Below, in pieces: positions 34,605-44,033 of a DNA stretch of 55,249 bases (positions within the stretch are counted from its first letter, which is position 1; each line of letters opens with the position of its first letter). Below the pieces are notes generated by a model. It was not told where the DNA came from, searched no databases, and saw only the letters and a program-made list of their open reading frames with translations. Source of the stretch: Patescibacteria group bacterium (GTDB lineage: Bacteria; Patescibacteriota; Minisyncoccia; 2-02-FULL-40-12). The position numbers and the translations under genes are program-made. The stretch covers positions 1 through 55,249 of the forward strand of contig JBBTQD010000007.1 in assembly GCA_038065855.1 (NCBI GenBank). The letters are read 5' to 3'.

Positions 34605-35609
34605 ATGTCCAGGAGAATTGGAATAGATTTAGGAACAACCAACACTCTTGTCTTTGTTCCAGGCAACGGCATTAAAATCAATGAGCCCTCGGTGGTGGCC
34701 ATCTCTTTATTTGATAATCGGATTTTAGCCGTGGGCAGCCTAGCCAAAGAAATGGTCGGCCGGGCGCCGGATACGATTTTAGTTGTTAAACCCCTTAAAG
34801 AGGGAGTGATTGCCGATTATAAAGTGACTCAGGCAATGATAAAATACTTCATTAATAAATCGTTCAATAAATTCGATTTTTTCAAAAAAGAAGTCTTGAT
34901 TTCGGTACCAGTGGCCATAAATTCGACTGAAAGGAGAGCGGTGATTGAAGCCGGGATGAATGCCGGGGTGAAAGCGGTCTATCTTGTCAAAGAACCGGTT
35001 TTGGCGGCAATCGGCGCAGGAATCCCGATTAATTCTTCTTACGGCCACATGGTGGTCAATGTCGGCGGTGGCACGACTGAAGTGGCTATAATCAGCTTGG
35101 GTGGAATGGTGAAGAGCGCCGGCATTAGGGTCGGCGGCAATAAAATTGACCAAGGAATTATTGATTATGTCAAAAAAAAGCACAATCTAGCAATAGGCGA
35201 AAGAACGGCCGAATTGATTAAAATAAATATCGGGACAGCGGTGAGGATCTCCAACGAAGAAACGATCTCTATCAGGGGTCGTGATTTAGTTACTGGTCTT
35301 CCTAAAACGATTGATCTCACTTCTAATGAAATCAATGAAGCTATTCAGGAACAGCTGAAAGAAATCAGCCAAGTGATTAAAAAAGTCCTGCAGGAAACTC
35401 CGCCCGAACTTTGCGCCGACATAATTGAACGGGGGATAATGCTTACCGGCGGCAGCGCTCTTTTAAAAAATATGGATGTTTTTGTGACCAGAGTGACCGG
35501 CGTTCCGTCTCATATCGCCGAAGAACCCCTTCTTTGCGTAGCCAAAGGAACCGGAATGGTTCTGGAGAATCTGGATATTTATAAAAGGAATATAATCACA
35601 AAAAGATAA
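34605..35609 (+). CDS. second MreB/Mbl-type actin homolog
   Basis: RIGIDLGTTNTLVF, EPVLAAIGA, NVGGGTTEVA and MLTGGSALLKN motifs. Paralog of 11136..12185. Confidence 0.85.
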   Translation: MSRRIGIDLGTTNTLVFVPGNGIKINEPSVVAISLFDNRILAVGSLAKEMVGRAPDTILVVKPLKEGVIADYKVTQAMIKYFINKSFNKFDFFKKEVLISVPVAINSTERRAVIEAGMNAGVKAVYLVKEPVLAAIGAGIPINSSYGHMVVNVGGGTTEVAIISLGGMVKSAGIRVGGNKIDQGIIDYVKKKHNLAIGERTAELIKINIGTAVRISNEETISIRGRDLVTGLPKTIDLTSNEINEAIQEQLKEISQVIKKVLQETPPELCADIIERGIMLTGGSALLKNMDVFVTRVTGVPSHIAEEPLLCVAKGTGMVLENLDIYKRNIITKR

Positions 35610-36769
35610 TGAAAATTGCTTTAGTCCACGATTGGTTTACTCGTTTAGGAGGCGCCGAAAGAGTTTTGATCGCTTTGCATAAAATTTTTCCGGAAGCGTC
35701 GATCTATACTCTTTTTTACGATAAAAAATTCGCTTCCGAATATCTTCCCCACGCAAAAATAATCCCTTCGTTTTTGCAAAAAATCCCGAATATAAAAAAA
35801 TTCCACCCTTGGTTTAAAGTTTTAATGCCTTTGGCTATTGAATCTTTAAATTTTTCCGGCTTTGATTCAGTTATTTCCTCAAGCCATGAATTCAGTCACG
35901 GCATTTTGTTAAAACAAAAATCGAAGCATATTTGTTATTATCACAGTCCTTCCCGTATTTTATGGGATCGGGCCAATGAGTACGTCGAAGATTTTAAAAA
36001 AAGCGGTCGGGGCAGCATAAAGATTTCTTTAATTAAATTGGGCCAGCATTTTTTAAGGCTATGGGATTGGCCGGCCGGCCAAAGGCCGGATATTGTTATC
36101 GCTAACTCAAACCATGTGGCTAAAAGGATTAAAAAATATTATGGGAGAGAAGCAAAAGTAATATATCCGCCGGTGGATATAAATTCTAAATCCCAAATTC
36201 TAAATCCTAAACATATTCAAAATTCAAAATTCAAAATTCAAAGTTACTTTCTGATTGTCAGCCAGCTTTATCCGCACAAAAATATTGATTTAGCGATTAA
36301 AACTTTTAAACTTTTAAACTTAAATTTAGTAATCATAGGAGAAGGTCCTGAAAAAAGAAGACTAAAAAAATTAATAGGGGACAGCATCAATATCAAGCTG
36401 CTTGGTTTTATTCCGGATGAAAAATTGCCCTATTTTTACGAAAACTGTCTAGCTTACCTCATTTGCAATGAAGAAGATTTTGGAATATCGCCAATTGAAG
36501 CGATGTCTTTTGGAAAGCCAGTTTTAGCATATAAATCAGGCGGCGCGGCTGAAACGGTTTTATCTGGCATAACCGGAGAGTTTTTTGATAAATTGGAGCA
36601 GGATGAATTAGCTGAAGCAGTGGAATCAATCAGCAAAAAGATAAAAAATGATTGTTATAACAACGCAGGGATAAGGAAATATTCGGAAAAATTTGGCTTT
36701 GAACGATTCAAAAAAGAGATTCTGGATATTTTAGAAAGCCTCAAATATTATGGACATGAATCCATATAA
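35609..36769 (+). CDS. GT4-family (GT-B fold) glycosyltransferase
   Basis: MKIALVHDW N-terminus, and the C-terminal EDFGISPIEAMSFGKPVLAYKSGGAAETV (E-x7-E region). Confidence 0.8.
   Translation: MKIALVHDWFTRLGGAERVLIALHKIFPEASIYTLFYDKKFASEYLPHAKIIPSFLQKIPNIKKFHPWFKVLMPLAIESLNFSGFDSVISSSHEFSHGILLKQKSKHICYYHSPSRILWDRANEYVEDFKKSGRGSIKISLIKLGQHFLRLWDWPAGQRPDIVIANSNHVAKRIKKYYGREAKVIYPPVDINSKSQILNPKHIQNSKFKIQSYFLIVSQLYPHKNIDLAIKTFKLLNLNLVIIGEGPEKRRLKKLIGDSINIKLLGFIPDEKLPYFYENCLAYLICNEEDFGISPIEAMSFGKPVLAYKSGGAAETVLSGITGEFFDKLEQDELAEAVESISKKIKNDCYNNAGIRKYSEKFGFERFKKEILDILESLKYYGHESI
36215..36242 (+). repeat. heptanucleotide tandem repeat (ATTCAAA x4) inside the glycosyltransferase CDS
   Basis: Four perfect tandem copies at 36215-36242. 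Preceded by a direct duplication of AAATTCTAAATCC at 36181-36193 and 36195-36207. Confidence 0.9.
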
Positions 36770-36784
36770 TCATGTCGTTTGGTC

Positions 36785-36811
36785 GAAGTAAATAATTAAA
36801 TTATTTACTTC
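36785..36811 (+). terminator. AT-rich perfect hairpin downstream of the glycosyltransferase gene
   Basis: GAAGTAAATAATT-A-AATTATTTACTTC is a 27-nt perfect palindrome. There is no clean T tract, so a terminator function is uncertain. Confidence 0.3.
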
Positions 36812-36845
36812 TTCCTCACTAATAATTATAATTAGAATTACCTGA

Positions 36846-38054
36846 ATGAATAGAAAAAATCTAATTGCAGTTATAATGATTTCATTGGTGCTGGGTTTTT
36901 TTGGCGGAGTTGAATTTCAGAAAACCCAGAAGCCCTTTGGCGGCGGGTTAAGGAATTTAATCGCTAGAGACGCAGGCCAGCCCGAATCGGTTGATTTCAG
37001 CTTATTTTGGGACGCTTGGAATTTAATCCACGAAAGATATGTCGACCGTTCAAATTTAAACACCCAGGAAATGGTTTTTGGAGCGATTGAAGGAATGGTA
37101 AAAAGCATCGGCGATCCTTTTACAGTGTTTTTAGAAACTAAAGAGGCTAAGAGGCTGGAGGAAGACATAAAAGGGGAATTTGCCGGAATAGGAATTGAAA
37201 TCGGGATGAGAGAAGAAGTTTTAACGGTTATTACTCCTTTAAGGGATACGCCGGCTGACCGGGCCGGAATAATCGCCGGCGATAAAATTTTAAAGATCGA
37301 CGGCGATTCAACCGCCGGAGTCACTTTAGATGAAGCAGTTTCGAAAATAAGAGGCCGGCGGGGGACTAAAGTAGTTTTAACCATCTCCAGAAAAAAAGAC
37401 AGCCAAGAAGAGACTAAAGATTTTGAACTAACCAGAGACAGGATTAAAATCCCGACGGTCAAATGGTCAAAAATAGAACCTGACATCGGCCATATCCAGC
37501 TTTTCAGTTTTAATCAGATAGCTAAAAACGAATTTGACGAAGCGCTTAAAGAATTGAAAAAACAGGGCGCCAGCCAAAAATTAATTTTGGATTTAAGGAA
37601 CAATCCGGGCGGGCTCCTTGATCTAGCTATTGATATTTCAAGCTATTTCATGGAGCCGGGGGAATTAGTGGTGATTGAAGATTTCGGCGGCGCCCAAAGA
37701 GAAGAGCTTAAATCAAAACCGAATGGTTTTTTAAAAGACGCCAAAATTGTAATTTTAATAAATAAGGGTTCGGCCTCGGCTTCGGAAATCGTAGCTGGCG
37801 CCCTGCATGACCAAAGGGGCATAAAGCTAGTAGGGGAGAAGACATTCGGTAAAGGCTCGGTTCAGCAGGTGGAGGGGTTAAGATTCAGGACTTCTTTGAA
37901 AATTACAGTGGCTAAATGGCTGACGCCAAAAGGCCGATCAATTTCTGATGAAGGAATTGAACCGGATATTAAAGTTGAAAAAACAGAAGAGGATACTAAA
38001 AATAATAAGGATCCGCAGCTGGACAAGGCGATTGAAGTGATAAAATCATTATGA
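36846..38054 (+). CDS. ctpA: carboxy-terminal processing protease (peptidase S41)
   Basis: N-terminal TM helix, PDZ segment (TPADRAGIIAGDKILKIDG), catalytic GSASASEIVAGAL and FGKGSVQ. Confidence 0.85.
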   Translation: MNRKNLIAVIMISLVLGFFGGVEFQKTQKPFGGGLRNLIARDAGQPESVDFSLFWDAWNLIHERYVDRSNLNTQEMVFGAIEGMVKSIGDPFTVFLETKEAKRLEEDIKGEFAGIGIEIGMREEVLTVITPLRDTPADRAGIIAGDKILKIDGDSTAGVTLDEAVSKIRGRRGTKVVLTISRKKDSQEETKDFELTRDRIKIPTVKWSKIEPDIGHIQLFSFNQIAKNEFDEALKELKKQGASQKLILDLRNNPGGLLDLAIDISSYFMEPGELVVIEDFGGAQREELKSKPNGFLKDAKIVILINKGSASASEIVAGALHDQRGIKLVGEKTFGKGSVQQVEGLRFRTSLKITVAKWLTPKGRSISDEGIEPDIKVEKTEEDTKNNKDPQLDKAIEVIKSL

Positions 38055-38494
38055 AAATTATCCTGACCGAAAACATCAAGGGGCTTGGGCAGATAGGGGA
38101 GACACTGGAGGTGAAAAACGGGTATGCCAGGAATTTTTTGGTGCCGAGGCAAATGGCTAAACTGGCGACTGTTGAAAATTTAAAACAAATAGAAGAATTG
38201 AAAAAAAGAAAAAACCTTGAAATCCAAGAAGAAATTATAAAGACAAAAAAAGTTGCCGAAAAACTGAAAAATTACAAATTAATCATTGAAACAAAGGCCG
38301 ATGAAAAAGGAAATTTATACGCCGCAATCACATCTAAAAAAATAGGCGAGTCGTTAAAAAAGCGGGGGATTGAAGTTAATCCCGATTATATTGAAATTAT
38401 TTTTAATCAAATTAAAAAAACCGGCGTTCACCAAGCCCTATTCAAATACTACGATATTGAGGCTGAATTTGAAATAGAAATAATTGGAATTTAA
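38051..38494 (+). CDS. rplI: 50S ribosomal protein L9
   Basis: MKIILTENIKGLGQIGETLEVKNGYARNFLVPRQMA. Confidence 0.9.
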   Translation: MKIILTENIKGLGQIGETLEVKNGYARNFLVPRQMAKLATVENLKQIEELKKRKNLEIQEEIIKTKKVAEKLKNYKLIIETKADEKGNLYAAITSKKIGESLKKRGIEVNPDYIEIIFNQIKKTGVHQALFKYYDIEAEFEIEIIGI

Positions 38495-38499
38495 GGAAG

Positions 38500-38772
38500 C
38501 TAAATTACATTAACAATATTGACGATTCTTTTTGAGCGGTCAAACTTTGAAACCCTTTTGGTTCTAAAGAGTATCTTTCCTTCTTTCACGGCATAAATGG
38601 TGTCATCACTACCGAGACGGACGCCAAGCCCAGCTAGATATTTAGTGCCTCTTTGCCTAATGATTACATTACCTGGTCGCGCAGCCTGGCCGCCAAAAAG
38701 CTTTACGCCAAGCCGTTTTGATTCTGACTCGCGGTTATTTTTAGACGAACCTTTTTGTTTTGTATGCGCCAT
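38500..38772 (-). CDS. rpmA: 50S ribosomal protein L27
   Basis: [28 protein letters not shown] ... [11 protein letters not shown]. Confidence 0.9.
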   Translation of the reverse strand: MAHTKQKGSSKNNRESESKRLGVKLFGGQAARPGNVIIRQRGTKYLAGLGVRLGSDDTIYAVKEGKILFRTKRVSKFDRSKRIVNIVNVI

Positions 38773-38805
38773 AATCTTTAAACTTTAAATATTTAAACCC
38801 CTTTT

Positions 38806-39192
38806 ATGCTATCAGAAATTTTAGAAACAATCAAGCGAAATATCTTCCTTATATTTTTAATCGTTTTAATCGCTCTTTTAAGTTTCCAGCTTGGCCGGAT
38901 CTCAAAAACTGTCAGCCAGCCGATAAGAATAGAAAAAGCGAGTATTCAGAAAATTTTTAATCAAGATAATCCCAATTTAGAGATTTATGAAAGTGAAACA
39001 AAAAGTAAGAGTAGGGGAGTGGAGAAAGCAGATTTTCAGGTTGTAGCGTCTAAAAAATCAACTTCCGGAAAGTACCACTTTTTATGGTGCCCCGGCGCCA
39101 AACAAATAAAAGAAGAAAACAAAATATTTTTTAATTCCGAAAAAGAAGCGATTTCGGCCGGCTATGTTTTGGCCGGGAACTGTCTTAAATAG
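38806..39192 (+). CDS. membrane-anchored protein with C-terminal Ada-type Zn-binding-like domain
   Basis: TM helix, then GKYHFLWCPGAKQIKEENKIFFNSEKEAISAGYVLAGNC (YH..C ... F.S..EA...GY....C pattern). Confidence 0.4.
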   Translation: MLSEILETIKRNIFLIFLIVLIALLSFQLGRISKTVSQPIRIEKASIQKIFNQDNPNLEIYESETKSKSRGVEKADFQVVASKKSTSGKYHFLWCPGAKQIKEENKIFFNSEKEAISAGYVLAGNCLK

Positions 39193-39937
39193 GGGAGAAG
39201 CCGTTTCGAATTTTTTTAATCCAGTGTTCGTGCTCCCAGCCCCATAAGTCATTACAAGCCAAAAAAGCTTTTATGTCATTTTCAAAATTATCCAGTTCTT
39301 TCACTTCAATTTCGCCCATAGCCGGACCGAAAGAATGCTGGCATTCTGAAACTCCGCCCCTCACTTTTACGTTGCCGCCTTTTTCACGCATTTTAGCCCC
39401 GCATTTAATGCACTGGCTAGCTTGATCAATCCTTAAAACCCATCTAGTCAAGGGGAAAATATTATTTTCTTTAATTGCTTCCGCATAGGCGGCGGTCTGA
39501 AGGCCATAGTCGCGGTAAATGGAATAAGAAGTTTTAATATCCAGAACTCCGAGCTGACCGTTTAATTTGCCGATAACATCAACTGTTCCGGCATACCAGT
39601 GATTTTTTGAAACGACCCGCTCTTCTATTTTCATCGGGATAATTTCATTTTTTTTCTTAAATTCTAAAAAGGCGCTGATGGCCGGTTGAATGGAAAGGGG
39701 AATAGCCACGGTTTTTCCCCATAAAATCGCTTCTATTGTCTCATGGATAAGAGTCCCTTCGTCAGCTGATTTTGATTTAATTGATTCAGCCATCGAAAAA
39801 CTGCCCTGATCGGCATAAAACTTATAAAGGGCTGGTTTGGCCTTAATGGAAACGATGGAAGTAACCCGGGGATACCAGACTCCGTCTATCTCGTACCCTG
39901 TTTTTGCTTTAAAATGTTTTAAGTCAGAATAATACAT
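39185..39937 (-). CDS. PD-(D/E)XK superfamily nuclease with C-terminal Cys/His cluster
   Basis: GTLIHETIE, then GTVDVIG-x8-VLDIKTS (D ... D/ExK) and QTAAYA. C-terminal CIKCGAKM ... ECQH zinc-ribbon-like cluster. Confidence 0.55.
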   Translation of the reverse strand: MYYSDLKHFKAKTGYEIDGVWYPRVTSIVSIKAKPALYKFYADQGSFSMAESIKSKSADEGTLIHETIEAILWGKTVAIPLSIQPAISAFLEFKKKNEIIPMKIEERVVSKNHWYAGTVDVIGKLNGQLGVLDIKTSYSIYRDYGLQTAAYAEAIKENNIFPLTRWVLRIDQASQCIKCGAKMREKGGNVKVRGGVSECQHSFGPAMGEIEVKELDNFENDIKAFLACNDLWGWEHEHWIKKIRNGFSPI

Positions 39938-40086
39938 TAAGATTAAATTGTATCACAAAATCTTAGTTTAACACTATTTTAAAATGATCAAAATTTCAAA
40001 TGTTGATAACAGGGGATTGACCAGTTATTTAGATATTATAGACTGAGTATAATACCTCTAACGCTCAGTGTATTATTAAAATACCT

Positions 40087-40575
40087 ATGCCCTATCCATC
40101 AAAAAGTAAAAAAATCGAAGAGTTTTATAAAGTACCATTTAATAATTTAGCAATAAAACTTTATTGTAAGGATAAGTTATCTAGTTTGGAGATCGCGGAA
40201 AGGTTTCTAAGGGAAACTAAGGTATCTATATCCCCTCGTCATATACAACGTATTATTAAGTCATTAGGCAAATCTCGAAATTTCAGCGAAGCATTCAATT
40301 TAGCTATTAAAAAGGGTAGGAAAAGTTACGAACATCTGAGAAAGCCAATAAAATCCTCACTACTTAGAAAGGGTATTGATATTCGACAAAGATATGAAAT
40401 TCTAAAAAGGGATAATTTCAGGTGTGTTTTGTGCGGAAATACTGCCAAAGAAACCAGACTCGAAATCGATCATATAAAACCTGTAGTTAATGGGGGTAAT
40501 AACGAGCTTGATAATTTAAGGATATTATGTGTTCTTTGTAATCGTGGTAAGAAATTCAGTGAGCATGAAAAATAA
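40087..40575 (+). CDS. HNH endonuclease with N-terminal helix-turn-helix region
   Basis: CVLCGNTAKETRLEIDHIKPVVNGGNNELDNLRILCVLCNRGK (HNH with flanking CxxC pairs). N-terminal LSSLEIAERF ... HIQRIIK is HTH-like. Confidence 0.8.
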   Translation: MPYPSKSKKIEEFYKVPFNNLAIKLYCKDKLSSLEIAERFLRETKVSISPRHIQRIIKSLGKSRNFSEAFNLAIKKGRKSYEHLRKPIKSSLLRKGIDIRQRYEILKRDNFRCVLCGNTAKETRLEIDHIKPVVNGGNNELDNLRILCVLCNRGKKFSEHEK

Positions 40576-41521
40576 CTCAAAAAATAAAATTACTCTCCCC
40601 TATCTTGACGATTTCTTATTGTACCTCCAATCCAATAATTATTCCGATGAGACGCTATACAACTATGAACGGGATTTAATGGTTTTTGAAAACTTTCTTG
40701 ATGAATCATCTATTCCATTTGATAAGGTTAACAAAAGAACCATCGAATCTTATAAAGCATACCTAAGTTCAATCGATAGAAAAACTCCAATTAAAGTGAG
40801 CGTCGAAAAAAAATTAGGCAGTTATTCAACAAACAGATTTTTATCTTCATTAAGATCATACTTCAGGTATCTTATTAAAATGGATTACCCCTCCCCTATT
40901 CCGCCTGACGCCATTACTTTAATTAAAAAAGAAAAAAAAGTTCCTAAAGTTCCGGAGTTTCAAGATACAGTAAAGTTAATAGAATCTCCTTCGCAATTGG
41001 AAAAAAATCAGTTAGTTGCTAAAAGGAATCGTGCAGTTTTAGAAGTTTTTTTTTCCACTGGCATGCGAATTTCTGAATTAGTAAATTTAAAGTTAAATCA
41101 AATTAATAAGGAAGGGCAGATTTATATTTTAGGTAAGGGTAAAAAAGAAAGATTTGTCTATTTAACCCCAAGGGCCTCCCGCTATTTGAAAGAATATCTT
41201 AAAACCCGTAATGACGGATCGCCTTACGTATTTATTCCTTATAGTGGTCGGAATAAAGCTTTAAAAGACAAGAAAATTTCAACCAACTATATTCAATATA
41301 AACTTAAACAATATCGTGAAATGTTAGGTATTAATGTGCCGATTTCCCCACATGCTATAAGGAGGGCTTTTGCTACTTACTTGGCTGAATCAGGAGCAAG
41401 TCCGGCGGCTATTCAAATACTACTGGGGCATGAGTCTTTGGATACAACCACACGCTATGTTCAAATTTCCAATCGCTACGCCAAGAAGGTCCACGAAAAG
41501 TTTCATCCCTTAAAAGAATGA
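40565..41521 (+). CDS. tyrosine recombinase (XerC/XerD-like)
   Basis: SAM-like N-domain, then R...H-x-x-R...Y catalytic signature (TGMRISEL; HAIRRAFATYL; LLGHESLDTTTRY). Start placed at the ATG at 40565 rather than the track start 40529. Confidence 0.8.
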   Translation: MKNNSKNKITLPYLDDFLLYLQSNNYSDETLYNYERDLMVFENFLDESSIPFDKVNKRTIESYKAYLSSIDRKTPIKVSVEKKLGSYSTNRFLSSLRSYFRYLIKMDYPSPIPPDAITLIKKEKKVPKVPEFQDTVKLIESPSQLEKNQLVAKRNRAVLEVFFSTGMRISELVNLKLNQINKEGQIYILGKGKKERFVYLTPRASRYLKEYLKTRNDGSPYVFIPYSGRNKALKDKKISTNYIQYKLKQYREMLGINVPISPHAIRRAFATYLAESGASPAAIQILLGHESLDTTTRYVQISNRYAKKVHEKFHPLKE

Positions 41522-42775
41522 CTAGTCATTCTTCGTGAAAATAACCAAGTCCTTAAAGAATAAAGCCAGAGCTTTTTTTAAAGGCAGAATTCTAAAAAAG
41601 TATCTGAAATCAACTAATTGTTTTAATAAGTATCCCCAAAAGCCGGCGATGTTAAAATTTTTATAGTGGAAATAAGCCCACTTGCCCCCGGCCGGCGCTA
41701 TCCAGACGTCATAAAATGGCTTATAAGCTTTCAGCTTATGGTTCTTAATATGATTAATGATATTTTCTGCGGCAGCATCAGCCTGATTAAAGGCGACATA
41801 AGCCATGGCTGGCACCAGTCTGCCGTTTTTAGAATCAATTAAAGCAGCGCTATCCCCTATCACAAAAGTTTTATCGTTTACCGATTCGTTGGAATTTTTT
41901 GCTTGTAAAAATTCATTAATTTCGATCGTATTCTTTTTAGTTAATTTCAGATCTAAACTTTCCAGCAATCTTGAACCTCTTATCCCGCCGGCCCATAAAA
42001 CTATATCAAAATTCAACGCCCCTCCCCCATCTCCAATTTTAATGTAATCGGGTCCGACTTCTTTCACCAGCGAATTTATGTAAATCCGGACCATTTCGTC
42101 TTTCAGCCGCTTTTCTATCGTTTTCCTTGCTTTTTCGGTTACGGCCGGTAAAATATTTTGGTCAGCCTGAAATAAAGAAATGGTAGTGCAGGTCCTGCTT
42201 AATTTATGTTCTTCAATGATTTTGCCGACACAACACCCCAGTTCAGCCGCCAGTTCCACCCCGGTGAATCCCCCGCCGATAATTGCAATTTTATAAGTTC
42301 TATCAGCTTTATCAGTCTTATATAAATCATTAATCTTTTTATATATAGCCACCGCATCATCAACCGATTTAAGATTATAAGCATATTCCCGGACGCCAGG
42401 GATGCCGTAAAATTCTGTTTCACCGCCAAGGGCAATAACCAAATAATCAAAACTTAATTTTGCCCCGCCGCCAGTGGCAACGACTTTATCTTCAAGGTTT
42501 ATTTCTTTTATTTCCGCTTGGACGAAATTTACTTTCTTGCCTTTCAGTATTTCGTTGATCGGAATAGCCACTGAACCTCTCAAATACTGATTGAAATTAT
42601 CTTCGATAAGCCCGTAAACCGTCGCTACTTCATAAAGAGACGGGGTGAATAAGTGGAAATTATTACGGTCCGATAAAGTTATTTTAAAATCAGAGTTACG
42701 GCCCAGTTTTTTTTCTAATTTTAAAGCTGCTGCGATTCCTCCAAACCCGGCTCCCAAAATTAAAATATTAGTCAT
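41522..42775 (-). CDS. ndh: type II NADH dehydrogenase-like FAD/NAD(P)-binding oxidoreductase
   Basis: Two dinucleotide-binding folds: ILILGAGFGGIAAA and IAIIGGGFTGVELAAEL. GDSA motif near the C-terminal third. Confidence 0.7.
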   Translation of the reverse strand: MTNILILGAGFGGIAAALKLEKKLGRNSDFKITLSDRNNFHLFTPSLYEVATVYGLIEDNFNQYLRGSVAIPINEILKGKKVNFVQAEIKEINLEDKVVATGGGAKLSFDYLVIALGGETEFYGIPGVREYAYNLKSVDDAVAIYKKINDLYKTDKADRTYKIAIIGGGFTGVELAAELGCCVGKIIEEHKLSRTCTTISLFQADQNILPAVTEKARKTIEKRLKDEMVRIYINSLVKEVGPDYIKIGDGGGALNFDIVLWAGGIRGSRLLESLDLKLTKKNTIEINEFLQAKNSNESVNDKTFVIGDSAALIDSKNGRLVPAMAYVAFNQADAAAENIINHIKNHKLKAYKPFYDVWIAPAGGKWAYFHYKNFNIAGFWGYLLKQLVDFRYFFRILPLKKALALFFKDLVIFTKND

Positions 42776-44033
42776 ATAAATAATCGAATGGATTTAAACT
42801 CCCTTGCCAGTAATTAAAATAAACCTGGCCGGTTTTCGGACCGATAAAACTGAAAAATTCTTGATACAGGCTTAAATGAAGATGGGAGCCAGTGGCAAAA
42901 CCGGTCATTCCTTCATATCCCAAAACAGTATTTTCATCAACTTTTTCTCCGGCTAAAACCAACGACGGATCTCTCATGTGGCCGTAGACACTGACCAGGT
43001 CGTTATCGTGCCTTATTGCCACCCAATTTCCGGCGGCATTATTAAAACCTTTAGCCAAAACCGTTCCCAAACCGATTGATTTTATTTCCGAACCCTGGCC
43101 GGCCTTCAGGTCAATTCCGTTATGGGGCGCTCCGCCGTAAATTCCACGCTTGGCAAAAGCAGTCATTCCGTATCCTTGGGTAATTATATAATCATCTATT
43201 GGCATTTTAAATAGCTTTGACCCTTTAGGAGGCGTTGAAGCGGCTTTAACTTTGACGATATATATTCCCTCCTCCCTCGCTTCTGATTCAAATTTTTTAA
43301 GTTCTTTATAGAATTCGGCTTTTTTCCTTTCCACTTCGCTTAAAAGCTCCTGAAATTTCTGTTCTTGGCCTTTTGTTTTACTGAATAAATCGTTTTTCGC
43401 CGCCTGGCTCCCTTCAAAAGCCGTCCTTTGATTCCGCTGCCTTTTATTTAAAACTTCAAACTCCTGTTTTTTATTTTCAGCCTCCCCCTTTTTACCTTCA
43501 AGCTGGCTTTTTAACTCGAGAAAAACGCTTAAATTGGCTGTGAGCCGTTCTTGAAGACCGCTCACCCGTTCAATATGGTTGAAAAAATAAGAAATTCTGG
43601 GGTTAGTCAGAAGTATTACTGCGAGGTCCCGCTTTTCAAAAACGTTTAGTTCTTTCAAAAGTCCCGAAATGGATTCTTTAATTTTGCCTATTTTGTTTTC
43701 GGTTGCTGAAATTTCCCCCGCTAAATCTCTTATCTCCAAGCCGGTCAGCTCGATCCTTTGAGTATTGGCGATGATATTAATTCTTAATCTAGCAATTTGG
43801 TTTTCAAGAATAGAAAGTTCCCTCTTTAAAGTTTCACTTTCTTTGCGTTTTTGGATTATCTGTTTTTTGTATTCGGCCGACTGCCTTTCCAATCCTTGGA
43901 TCTGCTGCCTAAAATCAATAATTTTATTACTGTTGTTTTCTTGAGCCGATGAAAAGGTAAAAAGTAATAAGTAAGAAGTAAGAAATAAAGATAGTAAAAT
44001 TAAAAATTTAAATTTTAAATTTGGCGAGGGCAT
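42768..44033 (-). CDS. coiled-coil protein with C-terminal M23 (LytM) metallopeptidase domain
   Basis: Signal/TM segment and a long coiled coil, then HNGIDL, VYGHM and GSHLHLS motifs. The coiled-coil part resembles that of 24329..25645. Confidence 0.8.
   Translation of the reverse strand: MPSPNLKFKFLILLSLFLTSYLLLFTFSSAQENNSNKIIDFRQQIQGLERQSAEYKKQIIQKRKESETLKRELSILENQIARLRINIIANTQRIELTGLEIRDLAGEISATENKIGKIKESISGLLKELNVFEKRDLAVILLTNPRISYFFNHIERVSGLQERLTANLSVFLELKSQLEGKKGEAENKKQEFEVLNKRQRNQRTAFEGSQAAKNDLFSKTKGQEQKFQELLSEVERKKAEFYKELKKFESEAREEGIYIVKVKAASTPPKGSKLFKMPIDDYIITQGYGMTAFAKRGIYGGAPHNGIDLKAGQGSEIKSIGLGTVLAKGFNNAAGNWVAIRHDNDLVSVYGHMRDPSLVLAGEKVDENTVLGYEGMTGFATGSHLHLSLYQEFFSFIGPKTGQVYFNYWQGSLNPFDYLYD

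Noticed and set aside
36917-37486. A long antisense ORF (189 aa) opposite ctpA. Similar antisense ORFs occur at 11723-12163, 13444-13905, 22007-22426, 22526-22867, 12982-13299, 31058-31423 and elsewhere.
   Set aside because: Each lies fully inside a motif-supported gene on the other strand. Their translations are low-complexity and Ser/Leu/Pro-rich, with no motifs, start context or SD. This is the typical codon-complement frame artefact.
39938-40086. Search for att-like direct repeats flanking the HNH-recombinase segment.
   Set aside because: By eye I found no sequence in the left spacer matching the right boundary at 41514-41533. Without a computed repeat search, this cannot support a mobile-element call.
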